Source: Octopus vulgaris
Taxonomy: Eukaryota
Direction of reading: 5' to 3'
Length of the DNA: 64,000 bases
Assembly (NCBI GenBank): GCA_951406725.2
Contig: OX597814.1
Coordinates: 70,184,001-70,248,000 of the forward strand
In this document: piece by piece, positions 13,387-24,589 of the stretch
Numbering within the stretch: position 1 is the stretch's first letter
How the letters are laid out: each line of letters starts with the position of its first letter
The notes under the pieces: generated by a model
The model's database searches: none
Told to the model about the DNA's origin: nothing
Seen by the model: only the letters and a program-made list of their open reading frames with translations
Translations under genes and position numbers: made by a program

Positions 13387-15241
13387 GTAAGAGTTCACTT
13401 CCTCTTGCAAGTTGGATACCACCTCAGTTTTTATGTCAGACATTTTTAGTGTTTGATTTCTGTTACCTTTTGTGCTTGCAGCCTTGAGTGTTGTGTGTGT
13501 ATAAATACATACATAGACAATACACGCACGCACACACACACATACATTTGTTATAATGAACTGAAGAAAAAGTACTCAATGCACACTGTAGAGTATAATT
13601 AATTGATTAATTGTGTGTGTGAGTGTGTTTGTATATATATATTTATATACACACACATATATTGCATGTAAATCAATCATAATATACACTTAAAGCATAC
13701 TGAACGAAATATAACAAAACAATTATATGTCTATTTTTCTTTGTGAATATGTCCCAAAATGAATCGAAAAATATGTTAGATAGAAAGAAAATGTTGTATT
13801 GAGAATTAAATCTCAACTAAGAGTTTTTGACACACAGCTTTCAGTATCCAAATTCATGTCATTGGCCCATTTGAATTATTTCTTTCAGCTCATGTGTTTC
13901 ATTATGAAAATTAGATTTTCCAAAAATTATTTGTAATTCTTTTCTAAGTATGTAAATTAACTTCAAGAAATTTGTTGTGTCTTGGTAGAATCATTATGCC
14001 TGTAGAGAAATTAATTCTTAATTGCTTGAACGTATCTACCTTTTCTTTGAGAGTTGTGAACAATTACTACTAGGTTTTGTTTTCTTTCTCCAACTAAAAT
14101 GGGCATTTCAGTCTAGACTGTTTTGTGTATACTATTCACTAATCCTCCTTAAATTATCACATCCATGCCATTGGCCCATTTGAGTCAGCTAATCATATCT
14201 TTAATAAAAGTTTATTGTTAATTAATAGTCATTTGAAATAGCACAACATTTACTTCATAAAATTTGGAATATCTAAATTTTATGAAAGTATTATAAAAAA
14301 AATTTTTTATAAACTTCTGTAAGACAAAAACTTGTTACCTGGAAATGATGGTAGATGTTTGTAGTGTTAGAATACGCAATGTTGGTTTTCTTAAACTATC
14401 TAATCACACTGGTAGAATCCTGGTAAATTGAATCTGCAACTAAGTTTTTGTTCCTAGTTAAAATAATTTCCTTTATAGCATGTTTTCAACTACTGTGTCT
14501 TTGGGACTTAATGATCACATATGATCTGCAGAAAAATTCGAAATAGCAGAGTATTTTTTAAAAGCACCATTTGTAATCCATCATATTAGTGTATGTGTAT
14601 TTCTTCATGGCAAAGTGCATTCTCTGCACTCTTTTCTCTTTTTAAATGATTTTAATATAAAAAATTTTTAAAGCTTAAGGTGATCCATAATACTTTTAGC
14701 ACATTGTTTTAGAGTACTATAGATGAAAAAGGTTTGATTGTTAGAAAAGTGTTCACAATATTATTTCATCCCCACCATAGGCATATGTATAATTTAGAAA
14801 TCATTTTCTTTGTGTTGAATCCCACCCAATCTTTCTGTATGTATTTGTAATATATTAATAAATTAACATTTAATGCATGGTATATTTTTGTTAACTGTTA
14901 CCTTTCCCACTCACTTGTATCTTCATATAATAGTGTAGTTGCCTGCATGTTCTTAATATAATGATTTGATCTAACCCATCAACTGTATCTACTATTCTTT
15001 AAAATTTTTTTCTGGAGGATAAAAAAATATTAGAAATGTTCACTTGAATCAAAGTTGGACTGTGGGCATGTGTTTACATGTGTTTAAATTCTACCCCCAG
15101 ATGCCCTTCATGTCACCAACTCTTACTTGTTTCAAAGCAAGATAATATTTAGTCTATTTCTACTATAGCTCTGGGCTGACCAAAACATGAGTGGTTTACA
15201 TAAATGTAAACTGAAAGAAGCCCATATACATACATGAGACC

Positions 15242-15301
<60 letters not shown>

Positions 15302-15348
15302 TAGATAGAAAGAAAATGTTGTATTGAGAATTAAATCTCACACATACA

Positions 15349-15770
15349 CTAGCAGCTAAGCCCAGTTTCATCCGGTTGGTTTGCATGATGTGGCTGTAAA
15401 ACCTACTCTGTGTAAGCATTTGACTTATTTGGGCATGCTTATATTAAAAAACAATTTCATAATGACTTTTCTCTGTCAAAACACTAAAAATAACTGACCA
15501 ACAAAAAAAAAACAACCAAGATTCAACCAAATCAAAAAATAAACCCAAATACTAAGTGAACAAAGATAAACCATCCCACTTCCATTGCGTGCACACACAT
15601 TCACATACACACACATATATTCAAACAGAGTTGAAATGCTGTTTTATTTATTTTTTCAGCATACACTACCAAATATGACATCACCCCATCCTTCCTTATT
15701 CGTCTATCAACCCTTCCTTTCTCATTCATAAACACAAGTATTATTATATAGTAGATTATCTCAATAAGCA
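15349..15770 (-). mobile_element. Helitron-type non-autonomous element 3' end (extent uncertain)
   Basis: Minus-strand CTAG|T terminus at 15349 with an adjacent imperfect GC hairpin (15361-75). Same ACTAGCAG..AGCCC signature as at 34578. Confidence 0.4.
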
Positions 15771-15924
15771 TGGGAGCTGTGAAAAAAATACAAAGCCCAG
15801 CATCACCACCGGATCATTCTACACATCTGTGTAATTTTTCACGCAATTCCACCCAGCTGTTTGATCATGAATCCCAAGACAAGAAAGAAATGCCCATGTC
15901 AAATTTATATATACATATATATAT

Positions 15925-16100
15925 AGGGGGAGAGTTCACGAAAAAAACGAAAGATGAAAACAGTTGTATTAGTATAACGCTCAGGAATTGAAAAAGTCTT
16001 TTACGTTTCGAGCCTACACTCTTCTACAGAAAGGAACACAGAAAAAAACAAGGAGAGAAATAAAATGTATGTCGTGGCTAGCGATCTATCATGGTGACTG
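15925..16100 (-). repeat. Penelope-type terminal repeat fragment carrying a minimal hammerhead-like motif (15998-16033)
   Basis: Minus strand reads CTTT-CTGTAGA-A-GAGT-GTAG-GCTC-GAAACGTA-AAAG. A second copy of the repeat is at about 34405-34550 (+). Flanked by (TA)n. Confidence 0.6.
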
Positions 16101-16116
16101 CCATATATATATATAT

Positions 16117-17030
16117 AAAATGTCTTGCAAACAACTTGCACATGCAAGTGCTACCAGTCAAAAACTCCATATACCAAAATCCAGCAAGTGTATAGGGTCA
16201 GCAGGAGAGAATGCGCACCGTTTCAGAGCCTACCTCTCGACGGCATCAATGCGCACCAGCCCCCCTCACTGATATGAGGCCCTGCTTGCTAGATCAGCTG
16301 GTTATCAAATATCCTTCTAGCCATCGTTCATTGTCTCTTTTTAACCAAATCCAGTGGCTAGCCTTTTCCACTGTAGATTGGATATCGGTCATGGTGGTAT
16401 TGACTTTACGATGAGTTAGGCCTTGCAATAACAATAGTCTTCCCTCATTGTGTCCAATGAACCCTCTACATCCAACTTCGATTGGAAAATGTTCCGCTTT
16501 CCAACCTGCATCTTCACATTCCTCGAGGAGGTTTACATAACGGTTAAATTTTCAAACCCGAGCGGCGTCCATATTATCTTCATGAGGAACCGTTAACTCG
16601 ACTATATTTACAACTTTCCTTCTTTCACACCACATCAAAATATCTGGTTTTTTCGTAATTAGGATGGGAAAGAAAACCTGGCACCCAGGTAAATTTGCAG
16701 TTACCTCCCAATAGCCGTTCTACTTTTCATCTCTCACAGGAAGTTTCTTGATCTTCTTCTTGAAAGATTAATCTGCTGACCTGGTCGCACGAAGGTAACG
16801 AAATCTCTAGATGGTACTTTTAACGGTTTTTTCTCAGTGTTGTTGAGATGAATTTGGTTCTTTATAGTATTGAAGATAACCTTAAGGACCAAGTTGTGTC
16901 TCCATGTATACTTGTTCATTGCTAATGAACAGTTGGAAAGAATATGTTTCAGTGTACCAACCCTTCCACATATCAAATTAAATATACAACCAAAAGAGCT
17001 ACTAGTAGTTTCATGCAATCATGATACATG
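16117..17030 (-). mobile_element. 3' fragment of an RLE-type non-LTR retrotransposon (HERO/NeSL-like)
   Basis: CCHC knuckle plus RHN (ICGRVGTLKHILSNC...YTWRHNLVL), then a PD-(D/E)xK nuclease read across frameshifts (KPDILMW...VELTVPHEDN...KFNRY...PIEVGCRGF). The 3' end abuts (TA)n. Confidence 0.82.
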
Positions 17031-17039
17031 GATAGGCAT

Positions 17040-17102
17040 ATTCATAAAATGCACCCATGCTAGCATGAAAAGTGGACATTAAACGATGATGATGATGATG
17101 AC
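17040..17102 (+). mobile_element. RTE LINE extreme 3' tail
   Basis: ACCCATGCTAGCATGAAAAGTGGACATTAAACGATGATGATG. Confidence 0.8.
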
Positions 17103-17149
17103 CATGTATCTTAAAGCTATCTTTCAGGCTCTGTTTATGTGTTATATAT

Positions 17150-17700
17150 GATGTTTTAAAAATCAAGGATACTGGTCAGTAAGAAAATAAAAACGTGAAG
17201 AAGGTTTGTTCAAAAAATGGAACAAGGAAAAAGAAATGAAATCAAAAATTATGATCCTCACCCTCCCTGATTACAGAAAGTACATTAAATACAACTTTTT
17301 TAGAACACAATAACAGAAAATATGTCTAAGTCTGCAAGACACAATCCAGAGAAGGTGGTGTCCTCCAATGAAAAAAAAAAAAGAGAAACCTGTCAATGTC
17401 TCTGCACCTGCTAACAATTTCAGATCTCAAATTAAGCAGTGCGTTGGAATTGCTGGATCAAAGAATATGAGATCTTCCTGCTACACATAAGTAGCATTTC
17501 TTAGATCCATTAACATTTGAAATTCCAGATGTGGCTAGCATTACTTTTATCGATATGCCAGAAAGAAGATAGGTGATTTGCATAATGTCTCTTGAATTCA
17601 CCCTCACATAACCCAATGTAATTTTTCTTTTCAGTTGATTTGTCTTGGAGCATAGCTGTAACTTCTGCCTCATATATGACTGAGTTTATCATACACACTC
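17150..17700 (-). mobile_element. Penelope-like element fragment, GIY-YIG endonuclease
   Basis: SVIYEAEV...NYIGLCEGEFKRHYANH, then KKCYLC and LNLRSEIVSRCR in other frames. Confidence 0.75.
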
Positions 17701-17989
17701 TCATGTATGTATATGATGGGCTTCATTCAGTTTACATATATGTAATCCACTCATGTTTTGCTCAACCCAAGACATCCTAATATTATCTTGCTTTGAAACA
17801 GATAAGAGGTGATGACATGAAACGCATCTGATGGTAGAATTTACACACATGTGAACACATGCTCACAGTCCAGCTTTAGTTGAAGTGAACATTTCTTATA
17901 TTTTTTTATCCTCCAGCAAAAGAAGAAAGATACAGTTGAGTATTGAGAGTATCTGAATTTTTTTGTTTTTGTTTTTCACAATTCTGGAA

Positions 17990-19130
17990 TATCTATTGTT
18001 TACAAGATTATCCACCAGAACATTCTGCTACTGAGACAAAACCCAAGAATGAAACATGCACTTAAAAGACACAAAATAATTAAAAGCAAAAGTCAATCAA
18101 AATTCCTCAAAATACTACTCACCTGTGCTAAATTACCTTCCACAAACCCCACACCAACAATAAGAAAAAATGTAGCTACCCTAATTGCAGGATTTGCTTC
18201 AACCTCATTGATGACAAAAGATATAAATTTAAATCAGGACAGATTTTTACCATAAAAAATTATTACCTGTTCATCAAAAAATTTAATATATGCTACTAAA
18301 TGTAGATAATGTAATGAGGATTACATAGGTCAAACAAAACTCACAGAAATAGACCAAATATTCATCAACAACAAATACAAGACCCCAGTATGAGACAGAT
18401 CTCAGTGAGTGGACACACAGACATGTGTGCAAAAAAATAAGTCAACCAAATTCCAAGGTTTTTTACCTTCCTTTTGTTCAGTCACTACAACAGCCCAAAC
18501 ATAAATAAAGAAAATATTTTCATACTAAGATACAAACCAAGACTGAATAAACTACATTCACCAAAAACTATTCACACACAAACTCCTTCTGCTGCTTGAC
18601 ATGTTCAATTTGTACAGCTATGAATCTAAAGTTTGGACACAACCATGACTTTTCCCCTACATGACAGTAATGCACAAATTTAGTGAAGAATAAAATCTCA
18701 TGCCTGCGTTCATAGATAAGAACCATAACTATTCAACTAATGACTACATAGAAACACTACTGTCTATTCTATCACTTGACAGATTAAATTTAGAGAACCT
18801 TGATTGTTTGCCACTGTTACTAGATATGTTCACTTAACTGCGTCCACCTTAATTTTCAGTGCAAAAAAACTCACATGATATTGACGCACAGACATAGGGA
18901 AGGCTATTCATGTTATCGTACTCTACCAAACTTGAGGGATTAAATTCAGGTAGCCTTGATTGTTTGGGACTGTCACTAGACACGTTCAATCAACTGTAAA
19001 AGCATTAAAGAAGAATTTTTGAACTCTAATCACAAGCAAGACAGTTGCAACATTGCTCCACATCTTTCTATCTCAAATTTGGAAATGAAAGAAATCTGTG
19101 ATACTACTTAAGTCTTTAGATAAATTTAAA
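17990..19130 (+). mobile_element. Penelope-like element 3' fragment (GIY-YIG plus 3' repeat)
   Basis: Frameshifted KSKSQSKFLKILLTCAKL...TCSSKNLIY...DYIGQT...ENIFILRYKPRLN. Related to the 32956-33645 ORF. Confidence 0.75.
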
Positions 19131-19156
19131 ATAATTATATATATATATATATACAT

Positions 19157-20092
19157 ATCATCATCATCATCGTTTAACATCAGTTTTCCATGCTAGCATG
19201 GGTTGGACACTTCGACCGGGGTCTGGGAAGCCAGGAGGTTGCACCAGGCTCCAGTCTGATCTGGCAAGATTTCTACAGCTGGATGACCTTCCTAACGCCA
19301 ACCACCCTGTGAGTGTAGAGGGTGATTTTTATGTGCCACCAGCACAGGGGTCAGAGTAGGCTGGCAAACAGCCATGATCGGTTGGTGCTTTTACGTGTCA
19401 CCGACACGGACGCCAGTCAGGCGGCGCTGGCATCTACCACGTTCGGACGGTGCTTTTAACGTGTCACTGGCACGAGTATCTTAACTACAATTTCCATTTG
19501 ATTTTAATTTTGATGTTGGTGTTGACGTACTTGACTCAATGTGTCTCCTCAAGAACAGCGGGTCACTCTATGATCCAAGTTTAGCACAGGAGGCCATCCT
19601 GTGAGTCATGAACTCACTTCATTTGTCGGGTCTTCACAGTCACAGCATATCTCAGAGGTCTCGGTCTTCATCATTTCCTCTGTGAGGCCCTACGTTTCAC
19701 CGGCATAGGTATCACAACTACAATATCCATATGATATTTATTTTAATGTTGATGTACTTGACACAATAGGTCTCCTCAAGCACAGCAGGCCGACCTGCAA
19801 GCCATGAACTCACTTCATTTGTCGGGTCTTTGAAGTCAGCATATCTCTAGAGGTCTTGGTCTTTCGTCATAGCCTCTGTGAGGCTCAACGTATGATGGTC
19901 ATGTTTGACCACCTTGTCCCATGTCTTCCTGGGTCTACCTCTACCCCGGATTCCTTCAACAGTTTGGGAGTGGCACTTCACACATCTCTCCTCATTCATC
20001 CGCAGTACATGACCATACCAACGCAAACGTCTCTCCTGCACGCTGCATCCAATGCTTCTTATGCCCAACATTACTCTCAGGGTGCTTACACT
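19157..20092 (-). mobile_element. 5'-truncated RTE LINE with a partial internal duplication near the ORF end
   Basis: (CAT)n tail at left. ORF 19847-20071 reads RRLRWYGHV...RGRGRPRKTW. Confidence 0.92.
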
Positions 20093-20124
20093 CTATTTAT
20101 ATATATATACATAAACACACACAC

Positions 20125-20166
<42 letters not shown>

Positions 20167-20322
20167 ACACACACATATGTATATATATAAATATATGTAT
20201 ATATATGCATATATAAATATATGTATGCGCATATATATATATACACTCCAATTAAAGCAACATTATCTAAACAATTGACTGAAAATGATGAGATTACCCG
20301 GGATAGAATCAAACCAACATAG

Positions 20323-22834
20323 TGTTATGGGTTTTGGCTAGTGCAGTATTTCTCACCCACTTTTGGGTGTGGCGCCGGCACGTCTGGAAGAAAAGTAACA
20401 GTCCTTTGTTTACTGGGAGATTAATGGGGTTTTGGAGGGACCTTGTGACCTTGTGCGGTCGATTGGAGGTCGTCCTAGACACCCCTTGAGATGTGAGGAA
20501 GAATCTAGCAGTAGTGAGAAAAAGATAGAGTAAGGAATCTAAGAGCAGATGGAGAGGATATTAGCAGTGAGAGAGGATGAGGGGGCAGAGAAGGACAGGC
20601 AGAGCTGTCATGAGAGGGTGATAGGCAGCAGGCGATAGAGATAGGCAGTTAGGGACCAGGGCAGATGGAGAGGCTATAAGCAGTAGAGACAGATGGAGAT
20701 TAGGGAGTGGCAAGGACAGAGCAAGTGAGGGTTTGAGGCGGTTGGTACTCGGTCGTCAAAGAAGGTAGACGGATCTTGGAAGTCAGCAAGGAGTTGGAAT
20801 CTTAGGAGCAGGCGGCTGGATTCAGGAGCTTGGCAAGTTGGAGTTAGCAGTATTGAGAGAGAGATGAGGTGCAATATGGGACACTGGCGATTCAATTAGG
20901 AATTAAGGTATTTGATTATGTATTGATACGTGTTACGATGTAAAAGAAAAGAAGAGAAAGAAGAGAGAAAAAGAAGGACTCTGATGTAGTCGATAAAGAA
21001 CATTGTGAATTGAGTAGAGCACTTGTCGATGTGTCGATTATTGAGTTGTGGTATTTATGTTCTGAATTGTGTTGATATGTGTAGAAAAAGATTATAAAGA
21101 ACTGTGAACGTTATCTGTTGATGTGATTTGAAAACAGAACTGTGTCTTCGGACGTGTACCTTTGAAATACTGTATATGACTTGTGTCGTTACCGAACTGT
21201 TATATTGTTACTTGCATGTTTCCTTTAAATGCTTTGATCTGTTGTGGAGATGTATTGAGTTGTCACGTGCATGTTTCCTTTAAATGTATTTGATGTGTAA
21301 CAATTGATTGTCATATAAACTAGTTGTTGAATGTAAGCCAGTTGTGCCTTGCCTCTTTGGTGTCTCTCTCTGTTGCCTTGCTGCGGTTGTGTATATCTTC
21401 TCTCTCTCCTCTCTCCGACGAGTTTCCGTAGCTTATTCGCTGCATCGAACAGGCCTGTGTGAGGATTTCCGTAACAGTTCGAATTGGAGGTCCCACCCAC
21501 CTGTCGTAACAACTGGTGTCAGAAGTGGGATTGTCCTGATTGCTGCGTTTCGATCGGCTTTTTCGCTATGGATTTGTCTGGTTGTCAGACCGGAGACGGG
21601 GAGATTTCGCTTGCCCTGATTGTGGAGATGTTGAGGGGCCAGATGGCGCAGACGGACGCATTCTTAGAAAGAATGGACAAGAGGCGACAGGGCCTGTGGG
21701 CAGATCGGCAGGAGCTTGAGGTTGCGGATGGGTCAGCTTTGGAGGATCGGTGTTGGACCGGGGATAGCGACGGTCTTGTGGGCAGAGATTGCTCGTCGAA
21801 CGAAGCATCGAGTGAAACAGATAGTGAAGGAAGTGTTGCGGAACCTGGGTTGGTTGCCGAAAATGGTGACGCTGTACCCAAAAAATCTTGTGATTTGGAA
21901 TCCGTAGAGGTTAAGGAATCTGAAAGGCCTGTTGAAGGTCTTATGGCTGATGCTGTTGTTCCGTGTCTGGGCCCCTTGGCATCTCGACCCCTGTCTCTCG
22001 GAGCTCGGGACGAAGCGCTGGTCTGGGGCGGATGTCGCTGAATCCGAGGTTCCGGCTCTGTGTGTAATGGTCGCGGCAGGTGTTATGCCATGTGCGGGTC
22101 CTTTGGTGTCTGGGCCCCTGTCTCTTGGGGCCCAGAAGGACTGTATGGTTCCCACTGTGGAGAGGCCACAGGTCGGGATGGACTGGCGGCCGAGCATGCG
22201 TGTTGTGAGGCCTGTGGTGCGGAAGCTGGTGAGGAAAAGGACCAGGCCCATTGACGAGGCGAGACGGCTGCGAACGGTGGTGGGTCCACCGAGACCAGGA
22301 AGACTGCTTCAGCGTTGGGTGAGCTTTGTGGTTGATGGCTGCTTGGGGCCGGTGGAGCCTGACAGGCAGTGCATAGTAAAAGCTCAATTGAGGGTCGGGT
22401 GGACTCTAGTAGAAGCAGAAGCTGGCGGAGTGCTGGCTGGGTCGGCCGATCTTTTGGAAGTGGCACAGGCGATTTGTAGAAGGCAAATCGAGGAATCGTG
22501 CCAGATGGCGAACCAGTGGTGGGGCCAGTTCTGCCGATACGGCAACGCAGTTGAAGGAGATGGTGGCCCACTGATGCAGTTGAGGAAGCGGTCCGCAAGG
22601 AGTCGCTGGTGCTTGGTTGGCACTTGGGTGAGCTCTGTATTCGATGGTTGCGTGGGGCCGGTGGAGCCCGACAGGCAGTGCGGAGTAAGAGCTCAATTGA
22701 GGGTCGGCTGGACCCTGGTGGAGGCAGAAGTTGATAGAGCGCTGGTTGGGTCGGCCGATTTATTGAAGGCTGCGCAGGCGATTTGCAGAGGGCAAATCGT
22801 GGAACTGCGCCGGACGGTGAACCAGCGGTGGGGT
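20323..22834 (+). mobile_element. Gypsy-type LTR element: 5' LTR 20323-21511, tRNA-Leu PBS 21514-21531, internal region truncated at about 22834
   Basis: The LTR begins TGTTATG and ends CGTAACA. TGGTGTCAGAAGTGGGAT is complementary to the tRNA-Leu 3' end. GC-rich ORFs follow. Confidence 0.85.
21484..22834 (+). pseudogene. Frameshifted ORF of unknown function in the gag position of the LTR element
   Basis: ORFs 21484-22041 and 21932-22906 share a peptide repeat (VPCLGPLASRPLSLGA / MPCAGPLVSGPLSLGA) 127 nt apart, implying one ancestral frame. There is a 102-aa-period duplication at the C-terminus. Confidence 0.55.
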
Positions 22835-23219
22835 CACGTGCTTTTTTTTTTCAGTCATAGAGTTAGATTTATCAAGGTCTTCAGTAGAAAATCCTTCAAA
22901 TTCTGACTCACTGCTTGATATGATGAAATTCGTATCCATTTTTTGTCAGAATTACAAAGTTTGAAAACACAATAGGAACAAATTTTGGAAAAAAATCTCC
23001 CAAAATTCACGGAATTAAAATTACACTTCGATTGTTATACAAAACTGTAGATGAACTGTTTATGAAGTATAATCACGTGTTTTCACGAATGTAATAAAGA
23101 GATTTGCTCTGATATTCTCATTTAAATATGAATAGGTAAATACGGGCGGGTTTGGGCAGTTTGGTCACATTAATCAAAATTTTTTTCTGGCGGCTTTGGG
23201 CGGTTTGGTAACGAAAGGG
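22835..23219 (-). mobile_element. Left end of the same piggyBac-derived family, truncated
   Basis: Reverse complement of 50664-51050. Ends GTAACGAAAGGG|TTAA at 23219. Confidence 0.9.
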
Positions 23220-23223
23220 TTAA

Positions 23224-24345
23224 AAGTGCTGGCAAGTTTGCATGACAACTATTTTTTTCCTCAAATGAAAGGCGTCACCTCTAGGACAAAATTCCTCATC
23301 TTATAAAATGTGGCCCCAATAGACCCGAATGAAATCGGGTTATATTAACCAAAAGGTGAAAAAGGGTATAAATGGGGCTGGAAGGGGATTAAAATTTAAA
23401 GGAGCGAGTGTTTAGGAATTCTCTGTTACATCAAGCTAAAAAATTTGCACCAGCCTTTTAATCTTCAATGTGTTGCCGTCCAGGATGAAGAGGTTTTGAA
23501 TGCTTGCCATGGTGAGTCTACTGTCGCGAGAAAGAATCACTACAAAACTTGGTGTTTACGAATTTTCTTTTACATCAAGTTCAAAATTTTACGCCAGCCG
23601 TTAAACTGTCAATACGTTGCTGTCCGTCGTTAAGAAATGCCAGTCATGGTGACTCTACTATCCTCAGATTCTATCCCTTCAAACTTTGCTTTCCAATATT
23701 TTATTATTTTTATTCAGCTCGCAAGTTCGTTTGTCCCTTTTAAATGTTAGCGTTTTGCTGTCTGCCTTGAAGCAGACCTTTCCGTTGCCACTGCCTGATA
23801 CTTATGATTGATCTTTCTAAATATTTTATTTCTCAACTTACTCAAGATCTTTTGTTGTTTATAAATGGGAGAGAGGACGATAAAGATAGAGAGTAAGAGA
23901 AAGCAAGGGAGAGTCCGAGAGAAAAGAAAAGTAAGAGAGTGGGAAAGTGAGAGAGAAAGGAGAGAGAAACAAAGAGGGATAATCACCATCATCATCATCG
24001 TTTAACGTCCGTTTTCCGTCCTAGCACAGGTTGGACAGTTTGACCATGGTCTGGGAAGCCAGGAGGCTGCACCAGGCTCCAGTCTGATCTGGCAGTGTTT
24101 CTACGGGTGGATGACCTTCCTAACGCCAACCACTCTGTGAGTGTAGTGGGTGCTTTTTTCGTGCCGCCGGCACAGGTGCCAGGGGGGCTTGCAGCGGCAA
24201 CGATCGGTTGGTGCTTTTTACGTGCCACTGGCACAGAAGCCAGTCAAGGCGGCGCTGTAATCGGCCACGTTCGGATGGTGCTTTTTACGTGCTGAAAGTA
24301 ACAACCACACTCTTACCCGCGTGTAGAGCGGGTCACTTTCAGCTA

Positions 24346-24346
<1 letters not shown>
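23224..24346 (+). mobile_element. Probable Helitron-type non-autonomous element (3' end clear), interrupted by an RTE tail
   Basis: Hairpin ACCCGC-GTGTAGA-GCGGGT (24315-33) followed by CTAG|T at 24343-47. The left extent is inferred. Confidence 0.5.
23986..24291 (-). mobile_element. RTE LINE 3' UTR fragment
   Basis: (CAT)n CGTTTAACGTCCG family tail. Confidence 0.9.
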
Positions 24347-24360
<14 letters not shown>

Positions 24361-24381
<21 letters not shown>

Positions 24382-24589
24382 ATATGTTTGTGTGTTTGTG
24401 TTTGTCCCCCCAACATCGCTCGACAACCAATGCTGGTGTGTTTATGCCCCCATAACTTAGTAGTTTGGCAAAAGAGACCAATAGAATATGTACTAGACTT
24501 ACAAAGAATAAGTCCTGGGGTCGATTTGCTCGACTAAAGGCGGTGCTCCAGCATGGCCACAGTCAAATGACTGAAACAAGTAAAAGAGT
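24361..24589 (+). mobile_element. 3' half of octopus-type tRNA-derived SINE
   Basis: Matches 63420-63630 and ends GAAACAAGTAAAAGAG. Confidence 0.85.

Noticed and set aside
13110-13487. Standalone 125-aa gene from the ORF track
   Set aside because: It starts at GTG and reads through a donor at 13387. It is better explained as an internal exon.
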